DNA of 64,000 nt. Origin: Minisyncoccota bacterium (GTDB taxonomy: Bacteria; Patescibacteriota; Minisyncoccia; Phycocordibacterales; XYD1-FULL-46-19). Below are positions 38,473-46,429 of the stretch, piece by piece. The notes under the pieces are model-generated. The model made no database searches. It saw nothing but the letters and a program-made list of their open reading frames with translations, and was not told where the DNA came from. Position numbers and translations under genes: made by a program. Position 1 is the stretch's first letter; every line of letters starts with the position of its first letter. Where the stretch lies: assembly GCA_041649495.1 (NCBI GenBank), contig JBAZMZ010000003.1, positions 6,602 to 70,601 on the forward strand, in the 5' to 3' direction.

Positions 38473-41400
38473 ATGGGAAAAAAATCTAAGGGGAGCAAAT
38501 ACGATCATTTAAAAATAGAGTCTAAATGGCAACGTGAGTGGAGTCGTTCCAAAACTTATCAAACTACCGAAACGACCGGTTCGACAAGCTCACGGCAAGA
38601 ATCTAAACCCAAAGCTTATGTTTTAGATATGTTCCCGTATCCGTCGGGGGAGGGTTTGCATGTCGGCCACCCCAAGGGTTATATCGCCACGGATGTTTAT
38701 TCGCGCTTTAAACGAATGAGTGGTTTTAATGTCTTGCACCCCATGGGTTGGGATGCTTTTGGTTTACCGGCCGAGAATTATGCGATTAAAAATAAAATTA
38801 ATCCGGCCGTGGCGGTGAAGAAGAATATCAAACATTTTAAATCACAGATGGAAAAGATTGGGCTCGATTATGATTGGTCTCGCGAAATCAACACCACCGA
38901 CCCCAAATATTACAAATGGACCCAATGGATTTTCTTACAATTGTTCAAGCGGGGATTGGCTTACCAATCGAATGAGCCGATTAATTGGTGCCCGTCTTGT
39001 CAAACTGGTTTAGCCAATGAAGATTTGGAGACCCGTTCGACAAGCTCAGGGCAAGCGGCCGTCTGTGAGCGTTGTGGTTCGCTCGTGATCAAAAAACCGA
39101 TCCGCCAATGGGTGCTCAAAATTACTAATTACGCTGAACGGTTATTGACTGATTTGGACGGCTTAAATTGGCCCGAATCAATCAAAGAATCACAAAGAAA
39201 TTGGATTGGCCGAAGCGAAGGGGCTGAAATTGATTTTCCCCTTCAAACTGGACCCCTTAAGTTTGTCATCCTGCACGGATGGAAAAGTAATAGCCGGCGT
39301 TGTTTTATTCCCTGGCTCAAGCGCGAGCTCGAAGAACGAGGCCACGAAGTAGTCGCCTTGGATCTTCCTCATCCCGTCGTGCCCAATATTGCAGAGCAAG
39401 TTGATTACGTTTTATCTAAAGTGACGTTTGACGCCAACACCATAATTATCGCTCATTCACTGGGCTCAATCGCGGCTTATCGAATTCTCGAAAAATTAAA
39501 AACGCCCATCAAGAAATTAGTCATTGTCGCTGGCTTAATTGAGCCAAAATTTCGAGACAAGGCCCGACCCGAAGCCAAATATCTCTTAAGTTGGAAATTT
39601 AATTTGGCTAAAATTAAAAAGAATGCTGGCCAAATTGTCATTCTTGAAGATCAAAATGACAATATTATCCCCAAAGGCGAATCACGGGTGATCCAACAAG
39701 CCTTAGGGGGCGAGGTTTACCAACTCGAAGCCCAAACGGCTCACTTCTGCGGGTCCGTTGAGCCGTTAGTCCTAGGGCATAGCCTAGACCGAGTCAAGAT
39801 CTTCACCACCCGCGCCGACACCCTTTTTGGTGCCACTTATTTAGTCCTCGCGCCAGAACATAAATTGATTTCTCAATTAAAAAAAGAAATTAGCAATTGG
39901 GTTGAGGTCACAAAATATATTAAACAAGCAGAAAAAAGAACCGAGATCGAGAGATCGACTGAAGGCCGAGAAAAAACAGGGGTCAAACTCGAAGGCGTGA
40001 GAGCGATTAATCCGATCAATAATGAAGAAATCCCAATTTTTATTGCCGATTATGTCTTACCTGGTTATGGCACGGGCGCAATTATGGCCGTACCGGCCCA
40101 CGACGAACGCGACCATCAATTTGCCAAGAAATTTGATTTGCCAATTGTGCCGGTAATTATCAAGGATTTGCCGACCACTCTTGATCATGTCGCCGAGGCT
40201 TATACTGGTTCAGGAAAAATGGTTAACTCCGGCCGATGGAATGGCCTTGATAATGAGCAAGTGGTCGATCCAATGATTAAATTTGTCCGCGGGAAAAAAG
40301 TGATTCGCTACAAATTACGCGATTGGGTTTTTTCACGCCAACGTTATTGGGGCGAACCGATTCCAATTGTCCACTGTGCTAAGTGTGGTCCAATGCCTGT
40401 GCCCGAAAAAGATTTGCCGGTCAAATTGCCGGCAGTTAAAAGTTACGCCCCCACCGGCACCGGCGAATCGCCTCTGGCCAACATTAAAAGCTGGGTCAAT
40501 ACCAAATGTCCGGCTTGTGGCGGGCCAGCCCAACGCGAGACCAATACCATGCCCCAATGGGCGGGTTCGTCTTGGTATTATTTGCGCTATATCGACCCTA
40601 AGAACGACAAGGCTCTCGCTGATCCTAAGAAATTAAATTATTGGTCACCAGTCGATATGTATGTGGGAGGCACCGAGCATGCGACTCGTCACTTAATCTA
40701 CGCGCGATTTTGGCATAAGTTTTTGCAGGATATCGGCATCGTCAAAAATTCCGAGCCATTTGCCCAACTTAAAAATCAAGGTTTAATTTCTGGTTCTGAT
40801 GGGAGGAAGATGAGCAAGCGTTGGGGTAATGTCATTAACCCCGACGATATTATTAAGAGTCATGGCGCCGATACCTTGCGGGTTTATGAGATGTTTATGG
40901 GTCCGTTTGAACAAGGAGTGTCGTGGAGCACCGACAACCTAATGGGCGCGCGCCGTTTTGTGGAGAAAATTTGGCGGTTGAACGGGAAAGTCGTTCCCGA
41001 GGCTAAGGTTGTGCGAAGTACGACTTCGGGCTCACTTGAAGTCGGACTTCTCACGACTGAATCAGCTTCCGAGGTGAGTCCTCAAGTGAGCCCGAGGTCT
41101 CTCCTCGGAAACAATGACTTCCTTTTGCACAAAACCATCAAACAAGTGACCGACGATATCAATCGCTTCAATTTTAACACCGCGATTTCGGCCTTAATGA
41201 TTCTCGCCAACGATTGGGACAAACTCAAGCAAATTTCAATCACTGATTTCAAAATCTTGCTTAAATTATTGGCCCCGTTGGCCCCACATTTGAGCGAAGA
41301 ATTATGGCATAATTTGGGCGAGAAAAAATCAATTCATCTCTCAACCTGGCCCGTGGCCGATCCACAAAAATTGATAACGAAAGAGGTCAAAATCGTGGTC

Positions 41401-41568
41401 CAAATTAACGGCAAGGTCCGCGCAACCCTCGATTTGCCCGTCGGCCAGATTGAGGAAGAAGTCATTAATCTCGCCTTAGCCAACCCGATGGTACAAAAAT
41501 GGTTACCCGCTGGTCAATACAAAAAAACTATATTTATCAAGGATAAATTACTCAACTTTGTGTTATAA
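38473..41568 (+). CDS. leuS: leucine--tRNA ligase with an inserted YdeN/RBBP9-type alpha/beta-hydrolase domain and several in-frame repeat inserts
   Basis: HVGHPKGY (HIGH), KMSKRWGN (KMSKS), editing-domain and anticodon-binding regions; 1031 aa; hydrolase domain at 39241-39780; repeats at 38580, 39036 and 41015-41106. Confidence 0.9.
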   Translation: MGKKSKGSKYDHLKIESKWQREWSRSKTYQTTETTGSTSSRQESKPKAYVLDMFPYPSGEGLHVGHPKGYIATDVYSRFKRMSGFNVLHPMGWDAFGLPAENYAIKNKINPAVAVKKNIKHFKSQMEKIGLDYDWSREINTTDPKYYKWTQWIFLQLFKRGLAYQSNEPINWCPSCQTGLANEDLETRSTSSGQAAVCERCGSLVIKKPIRQWVLKITNYAERLLTDLDGLNWPESIKESQRNWIGRSEGAEIDFPLQTGPLKFVILHGWKSNSRRCFIPWLKRELEERGHEVVALDLPHPVVPNIAEQVDYVLSKVTFDANTIIIAHSLGSIAAYRILEKLKTPIKKLVIVAGLIEPKFRDKARPEAKYLLSWKFNLAKIKKNAGQIVILEDQNDNIIPKGESRVIQQALGGEVYQLEAQTAHFCGSVEPLVLGHSLDRVKIFTTRADTLFGATYLVLAPEHKLISQLKKEISNWVEVTKYIKQAEKRTEIERSTEGREKTGVKLEGVRAINPINNEEIPIFIADYVLPGYGTGAIMAVPAHDERDHQFAKKFDLPIVPVIIKDLPTTLDHVAEAYTGSGKMVNSGRWNGLDNEQVVDPMIKFVRGKKVIRYKLRDWVFSRQRYWGEPIPIVHCAKCGPMPVPEKDLPVKLPAVKSYAPTGTGESPLANIKSWVNTKCPACGGPAQRETNTMPQWAGSSWYYLRYIDPKNDKALADPKKLNYWSPVDMYVGGTEHATRHLIYARFWHKFLQDIGIVKNSEPFAQLKNQGLISGSDGRKMSKRWGNVINPDDIIKSHGADTLRVYEMFMGPFEQGVSWSTDNLMGARRFVEKIWRLNGKVVPEAKVVRSTTSGSLEVGLLTTESASEVSPQVSPRSLLGNNDFLLHKTIKQVTDDINRFNFNTAISALMILANDWDKLKQISITDFKILLKLLAPLAPHLSEELWHNLGEKKSIHLSTWPVADPQKLITKEVKIVVQINGKVRATLDLPVGQIEEEVINLALANPMVQKWLPAGQYKKTIFIKDKLLNFVL
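39241..39780 (+). other. inserted serine-hydrolase (YdeN/RBBP9, PF06821-like) domain within leuS
   Basis: LKFVILHGWKSNSRRCFIPWLKRELEERGHEVVALDLPHPVVP...IIIAHSLGSIAAYRILEK...VIVAGLIEP...IVILEDQNDNIIP...VYQLEAQTAHF parallels B. subtilis YdeN (IIHGY..HWFPWLKK..LVAHSLG..VSGF..VIASKDDQIVP..LYEV..GHF), including the GxSxG nucleophile and Asp/His positions. Confidence 0.7.
41015..41106. repeat. two mini-elements in-frame near the leuS C-terminal region
   Basis: GAAGTACGACTTC-GGGCTCACTT-GAAGTCGGACTTC (spacer is the reverse complement of AAGTGAGCCC) then GAGGTGAGTCCTCAAGTGAGCCCGAGGTCTCTCCTCGG, identical to uvrC 18389. Confidence 0.85.
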
Positions 41569-41616
41569 TTGTCCACAGTTGACTTTATGAGCATTTAGTG
41601 ATAGAAATAAGAGTAT

Positions 41617-42642
41617 ATGAATATCAAAGTTAAGGACATCACTAAGCACTTACTCGAGGAGTTACCAAAAAGAAGTCAGGATATTTTGACCAAACGTTAT
41701 GGTTTGGGCAAGGTCGTTAAGCGTGAGACTTTAGAGGGTATCGGCCAAGAATACAAAATCACGCGCGAACGAGTTCGCCAGATAGAGGCTTTTGCTCTGA
41801 ACTTGATTAGAAAGTCCAAGGCTTATGCCGACAGCCAATCGGCTTTCGATCAACTCAAAAAAACGGTTGACGATTTTGGCGGGATTGTTCACGAGCAAAT
41901 TTTTTTGGATACTCAAGCCAAAGATCGAGCCACTCAAAATCAAATTCATTTTTTGCTTGTCGTTTCTGATGCCTTCACTAAATTACGAGAAGATGACGAC
42001 TTTCATCACCGCTGGACCACGAGCGAAGAACTGGCCACCAAAGTTCATCAATCGCTCAAGAGTCTCTGCACCAATTTTTCTGAAGGTGATTTGGTTTCTG
42101 AACCAGAATTAGTTGAGAGATTCTTGAAAGAATTAAAAGGGATTTCGACTGATCCCAAAGTGGCCGAATTTGCCGAAAAATGGTTACTCTTGAGCAAATC
42201 TTTGGCCAAGAACCCGCTTGGCGAATGGGGTTTGGCTTCCTCGCCCAATATCCGCATGCGCGGAATTCGTGATTATGCCTATTTAGTTTTGCGTAAGGCT
42301 AAGAAACCACTTCATTTTAGCGAAGTAGCTAAAGAAATCCAAAAAACTTTCGGCCGCGAGGCTCATCCCGCCACTTGCCATAACGAATTAATCAAAGACA
42401 ATCGTTTCGTCCTCGTCGGTCGTGGTCTCTACGCTTTAACCGAATGGGGTTATACCAAGGGCACCGTGATTGAGGTCATTCAAAAATTAATCAAAGAAAA
42501 GGGGCCGTTGACTCGCCCCGAAGTTATCGACTTGGTTTCTAAACAACGCCAAGTTAAACTCAACACCATTATCGTCAACCTCCAAAATCCCAAATTCTTT
42601 AAACGAATCGGCGACGGACGTTTTGCGATCGCTAAAGTCTAG
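41617..42642 (+). CDS. DNA-binding protein with sigma-70 region-4-like HTH and C-terminal HARE-HTH domain
   Basis: LEGIGQEYKITRERVRQIEAFAL (sigma70_r4-like); C-terminal HFSEVAKEIQKTFG...NRFVLVGRGLYALTEWGY (HARE-HTH pattern). Confidence 0.45.
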   Translation: MNIKVKDITKHLLEELPKRSQDILTKRYGLGKVVKRETLEGIGQEYKITRERVRQIEAFALNLIRKSKAYADSQSAFDQLKKTVDDFGGIVHEQIFLDTQAKDRATQNQIHFLLVVSDAFTKLREDDDFHHRWTTSEELATKVHQSLKSLCTNFSEGDLVSEPELVERFLKELKGISTDPKVAEFAEKWLLLSKSLAKNPLGEWGLASSPNIRMRGIRDYAYLVLRKAKKPLHFSEVAKEIQKTFGREAHPATCHNELIKDNRFVLVGRGLYALTEWGYTKGTVIEVIQKLIKEKGPLTRPEVIDLVSKQRQVKLNTIIVNLQNPKFFKRIGDGRFAIAKV

Positions 42643-42677
42643 TTTTTTATTTCGATTAGTTTTATAATGAAAGGGCC

Positions 42678-43922
42678 ATGTCTTGGTTAGGGCCTTTCCA
42701 ATTTTTTAATAATATTCTCTGGCAAGCTAAACCGGCGCTTTTTCAGGGTTTAACTTATGCTATTTATGTTTCGCCATTTTTGTTGGCGGTTTTGTTGTGG
42801 CAAACTTATTTAATTTATATTCGATCTAATTATATTAAAAAAGAAGAACGGATTTTGCTGGAAGTGAAGATCCCGAAAGAAATCACTAAGTCACCCCGCG
42901 CGATGGAATTATTGTTAGAAGTCTTTTACCAAACTTATGAGGGAGAATTAATTGATCGTTTTATCAAGGGGAGTATTCGGGGTTGGTTCTCGCTTGAATT
43001 GGTTTCGATTGGGGGCAAAATTAATTTTTATCTTAATATCCCCAAATTTTTCAAAAATGTTGTCGAGGCCCGTATCTATTCGCAATATCCCGAAGTCGAG
43101 ATTTCTGAGGCTGAAGACTACGTCAAGGAAGTGACTTTTGGCCAACCCAATTCGCCCTGGGATATTAAAGGTTGGGAATATAATTTAGACAAAGCCGATG
43201 CTTACCCGATCAAGACTTATATCGACTACGAGATGGAAAAAGATCCAAAAGAAGAATTTAAGATTGACCCCATGACCCCCCTCCTCGAATTTTTATCTTC
43301 CATCAAACCAACCGAGCGAATTTGGATTCAAATTATGATTATGGCCGGCAAAAAGAGATTTGATGAAGTCAAAAAAGGCAAAAAAACTGGTAAAAAGGTT
43401 GACTGGAAGAAGGGGGGCAAAGCCCTCGTCGACGAATTGATGAACCGCAATATTGACGCCAAAGATATGAGTGTTTGGCTCAAGGTTAATCCAACCAGCG
43501 TTGAGCGAGATGTAATTACCGCCATTGAACGCAATTTGGGCAAACTTGGTTTTGATGTGGGGATTCGATCACTTTATGCCGCCACCGAGGGAATTAAGCC
43601 AGCGGTTGGAGTCGGTCTTAATTCCGCTTTTAAACAATTTGGCTCCGACAAACTCAATTCTTTCAAGCCAGCACACCAGACCGGCTTCAATAACCCTTGG
43701 GAAGATCCTTTTGGCTGGCGAACCAGAAGACGCAAAAATGATCATTTTCAATATTATTGTAATCGTTCCTTCTTTTATCCACCCGCCAGCAAAAAACCGA
43801 TTGGTCTAACCACCGAGGAGTTGGCCACGATTTATCATTTTCCGGGTCAGGTCGCAACGACACCAAGTTTGGATCGCATCCCGTCAAAGCGCGGGGAACC
43901 ACCAGCCAATTTGCCAATTTAA
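42678..43922 (+). CDS. hypothetical membrane-anchored protein
   Basis: 414-aa ORF, N-terminal TM; no recognised domain. Confidence 0.4.
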   Translation: MSWLGPFQFFNNILWQAKPALFQGLTYAIYVSPFLLAVLLWQTYLIYIRSNYIKKEERILLEVKIPKEITKSPRAMELLLEVFYQTYEGELIDRFIKGSIRGWFSLELVSIGGKINFYLNIPKFFKNVVEARIYSQYPEVEISEAEDYVKEVTFGQPNSPWDIKGWEYNLDKADAYPIKTYIDYEMEKDPKEEFKIDPMTPLLEFLSSIKPTERIWIQIMIMAGKKRFDEVKKGKKTGKKVDWKKGGKALVDELMNRNIDAKDMSVWLKVNPTSVERDVITAIERNLGKLGFDVGIRSLYAATEGIKPAVGVGLNSAFKQFGSDKLNSFKPAHQTGFNNPWEDPFGWRTRRRKNDHFQYYCNRSFFYPPASKKPIGLTTEELATIYHFPGQVATTPSLDRIPSKRGEPPANLPI

Positions 43923-43931
43923 TTAGCGGTT

Positions 43932-44816
43932 ATGTTTTTAAAACACTGGAAAATTATTCTCTTAGTGACAGTTTTTGTTTTGTTTTTTGTCATCACCATC
44001 AAAACGGTCTTTCCGCCAGCTAATTTTCCGACCAACCCGTTTTATCATGTCGATCGAGGCAAATCAGTGGCCCAAGTCGCAGGGGAACTCAAGGCAAAAA
44101 ATTTTATTCAATCACCCCTAGCTTTTAAAATTTTTGTTCGCTTGCTCGGCGGTGAAAAACGGATGCAAGTCGGCACCTATTTCTTCAAACAGCCCATCTC
44201 GTCAATTAATATCGCTCTAAAATTAACCCATCATTTCTTGGGCGAAAAGCCAATCACGGTCACTATTTACGAAGGAATGACCAATGCGAAGATTGCTAAA
44301 TTATTAGCCCAAAAACTACCCCCAATTAAAGCTGATGATTTTATTGCTCAAGCCAAAAATCTTCAGGGTCGGCTTTTCCCCGACACTTATTTCTTTTCAC
44401 CCTACGATACGGTTGAGGACATTATTTATGAATTAAATCAAAATTTTGACGAGCAAATCGCTAAATTAAAGATTGACGTGGTTTTATCTGGCCAAACTCT
44501 TAATCAAATTTTAGTCATGGCTTCCATTATCGAAGGCGAGGCCAATAAAGATGTTGACCGTCATCTCATTTCCGGCATTCTCTGGAAGCGTTTGTCGATT
44601 GAAATGCCCTTGCAAGTTGACGTGGCCAAAGAAACTTACAAACAGCAAGGTCTGCCAGATGCGCCGATTAATAACCCGGGGTTAGAGGCGATTGAAGCGG
44701 CCATTTATCCCGAGACTTCGGATTATCTTTATTATCTTACTGGTCGCGATGGCCAAATGTATTACGCCGAAGATTTCGCTGGACACAAAAAGAATCGGCG
44801 TCTTTACCTAGATTAG
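43932..44816 (+). CDS. mltG: endolytic murein transglycosylase MltG (YceG family)
   Basis: N-terminal TM then YceG signature (LQVDVAKETYKQQGLPDAPINNPGLEAIEAAIYPETSDYLYYLTGRDGQMYYA). Confidence 0.8.
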   Translation: MFLKHWKIILLVTVFVLFFVITIKTVFPPANFPTNPFYHVDRGKSVAQVAGELKAKNFIQSPLAFKIFVRLLGGEKRMQVGTYFFKQPISSINIALKLTHHFLGEKPITVTIYEGMTNAKIAKLLAQKLPPIKADDFIAQAKNLQGRLFPDTYFFSPYDTVEDIIYELNQNFDEQIAKLKIDVVLSGQTLNQILVMASIIEGEANKDVDRHLISGILWKRLSIEMPLQVDVAKETYKQQGLPDAPINNPGLEAIEAAIYPETSDYLYYLTGRDGQMYYAEDFAGHKKNRRLYLD

Positions 44817-44831
44817 AATTTACGATATAAC

Positions 44832-46067
44832 TTGAGAGTGACTAGGAAGAAAAAACGAGTTTTCGTCGGTATGAGTGGGGGAGTTGATAGCTCGGTTTCG
44901 GCCGCTTTATTAAAAAGGGCCGGTTTTGAGGTAATCGGGGTATTTATTCGAGTCTGGGAGCCCAGTGGTTTTGTTTGTCGCTGGCGTGAAGAGAGGCGAG
45001 AAGCCAGACGAGCCGCCGCTCATTTAGATATTCCACTCTCAACTCTCGATTTAAGTCGTGAATATAAGAAAAGGGTGGTTGATTATTTCATTGCTGAATA
45101 TAAGTCTGGCCGAACCCCCAACCCCGACGTGATGTGCAATAAACATATTAAGTTTGGCGTATTTTATGATTGGGCCATGAAAAATGGCGCGGACTTTGTC
45201 GCCACGGGGCACTACGCACAAATTTGCAACAAATTTGTGCCAAAATTTCAAACCATAAATTCTAAACTCGAAACAAGTATTAAATTCCAAAGTTTAAAAT
45301 TTAAAAAATTAAATATTGTTTCGGATTTAGAAATTAATATTTCGAATTTGCCAAGTTTTTGCCAGAGTAAAGACTTGGCCAAGGATCAAACTTATTTCTT
45401 GTGGAATCTTAAAGCCGAGCAACTTGCCAAAATTCTTTTTCCCGTGGGCCAATACACCAAACCGCAAGTTCGCGCTTTAGCCAAGAAATTTGGCTTGCCC
45501 AATGCTGAGAAAAAAGACAGTCAGGGTTTATGCTTTATCGGTAAAATTGATTTTAAAGATTTTCTCAAGCGGGAAATTTATGGAAAAAGGGGGACTTGCC
45601 CCGAGCGGAGTCGAGGGGGTGTTTTAAACGAGCAGGGAAAAGTAATCGGCCAACATGACGGCGCGATGTTTTTCACTTTAGGCGAACGCCACGGTTTCGA
45701 AATTTTCTCGCAGACATCAGACTCCAAACCCTATTACATCGTCGCTAAAGATATTAAGAAAAACACGCTCACTGTTTCTCCTAATTTTAATCAAGGGCAG
45801 GCCTTGACTTCTGAAGTCAAAATTGAAAAAACTAATTGGATCAACCAGTCAAGCGACCTGGAGGTTAAACCTCTGGGCGCCTCGAGGTTTAACCTCCAAG
45901 CCAGAGTCCGTTACCGTCAACCGCTTCAAGCTTGCCACTTGACGCAGGTCGACAATAAAAAAAGCACCGCTACCATAAGCTTCTCTAAACCACAACTCGC
46001 CGTCTCGGGCCAATCACTGGTCCTCTACGACCAAAATATCTGTCTCGGTGGGGGAATTATTGTTTAA
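44832..46067 (+). CDS. mnmA: tRNA 2-thiouridylase MnmA, with a low-complexity insert and a CPERSRGG repeat
   Basis: PP-loop VGMSGGVDSSVSA, KDQTYFL, catalytic Cys context; ~50-aa AT-rich insert (~45230-45380) before KDQTYFL; repeat at 45597-45619. Confidence 0.85.
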   Translation: MRVTRKKKRVFVGMSGGVDSSVSAALLKRAGFEVIGVFIRVWEPSGFVCRWREERREARRAAAHLDIPLSTLDLSREYKKRVVDYFIAEYKSGRTPNPDVMCNKHIKFGVFYDWAMKNGADFVATGHYAQICNKFVPKFQTINSKLETSIKFQSLKFKKLNIVSDLEINISNLPSFCQSKDLAKDQTYFLWNLKAEQLAKILFPVGQYTKPQVRALAKKFGLPNAEKKDSQGLCFIGKIDFKDFLKREIYGKRGTCPERSRGGVLNEQGKVIGQHDGAMFFTLGERHGFEIFSQTSDSKPYYIVAKDIKKNTLTVSPNFNQGQALTSEVKIEKTNWINQSSDLEVKPLGASRFNLQARVRYRQPLQACHLTQVDNKKSTATISFSKPQLAVSGQSLVLYDQNICLGGGIIV

Positions 46068-46099
46068 AAACAAGTATTTTTCGATATCCAATCTCGTAA

Positions 46100-46425
46100 A
46101 CTGTTTTATTTTTGAAAGTTTTTTGCTAAACTTAATTAGGAGGTGATGTGAAAATGTCAGGCTTAGGTCCAATACCTACCGGGCAACCGGTGGGGGACGA
46201 ACCAGGTCCAGTGCCCGAGACCGACGACTGGCCAGATACTTTGGAGGTCCTAGGCTGCCACCCAGATGGACCCCTGCCAGAGCCAGGGAGAGAACCTGTC
46301 TTCCTGGAACATGATGGGTGTTTCGCCGACCATCAACAACATAAGTGATCCATTGATGGTCGACACCGGGGCTTTCCTGTTGGAAGGCCCCTTAGTGCTT
46401 ATCGTAAAATATGATAGAATAGTTC
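46100..46425. other. GC-rich leader/intergenic region upstream of alaS (possible regulatory RNA; unidentified)
   Basis: ~60% GC block between mnmA and alaS; overlapping ORFs on both strands are Pro/Gly-rich translations of GC-rich DNA. Confidence 0.25.
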
Positions 46426-46429
46426 TACA

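Noticed and set aside
46100-46425. T-box riboswitch or tmRNA upstream of alaS
   Set aside because: No AGGGUGGNACCGCG T-box sequence, no specifier-loop arrangement, and no tRNA-like 3' end or tag-peptide frame were found; left only as an unassigned GC-rich leader.
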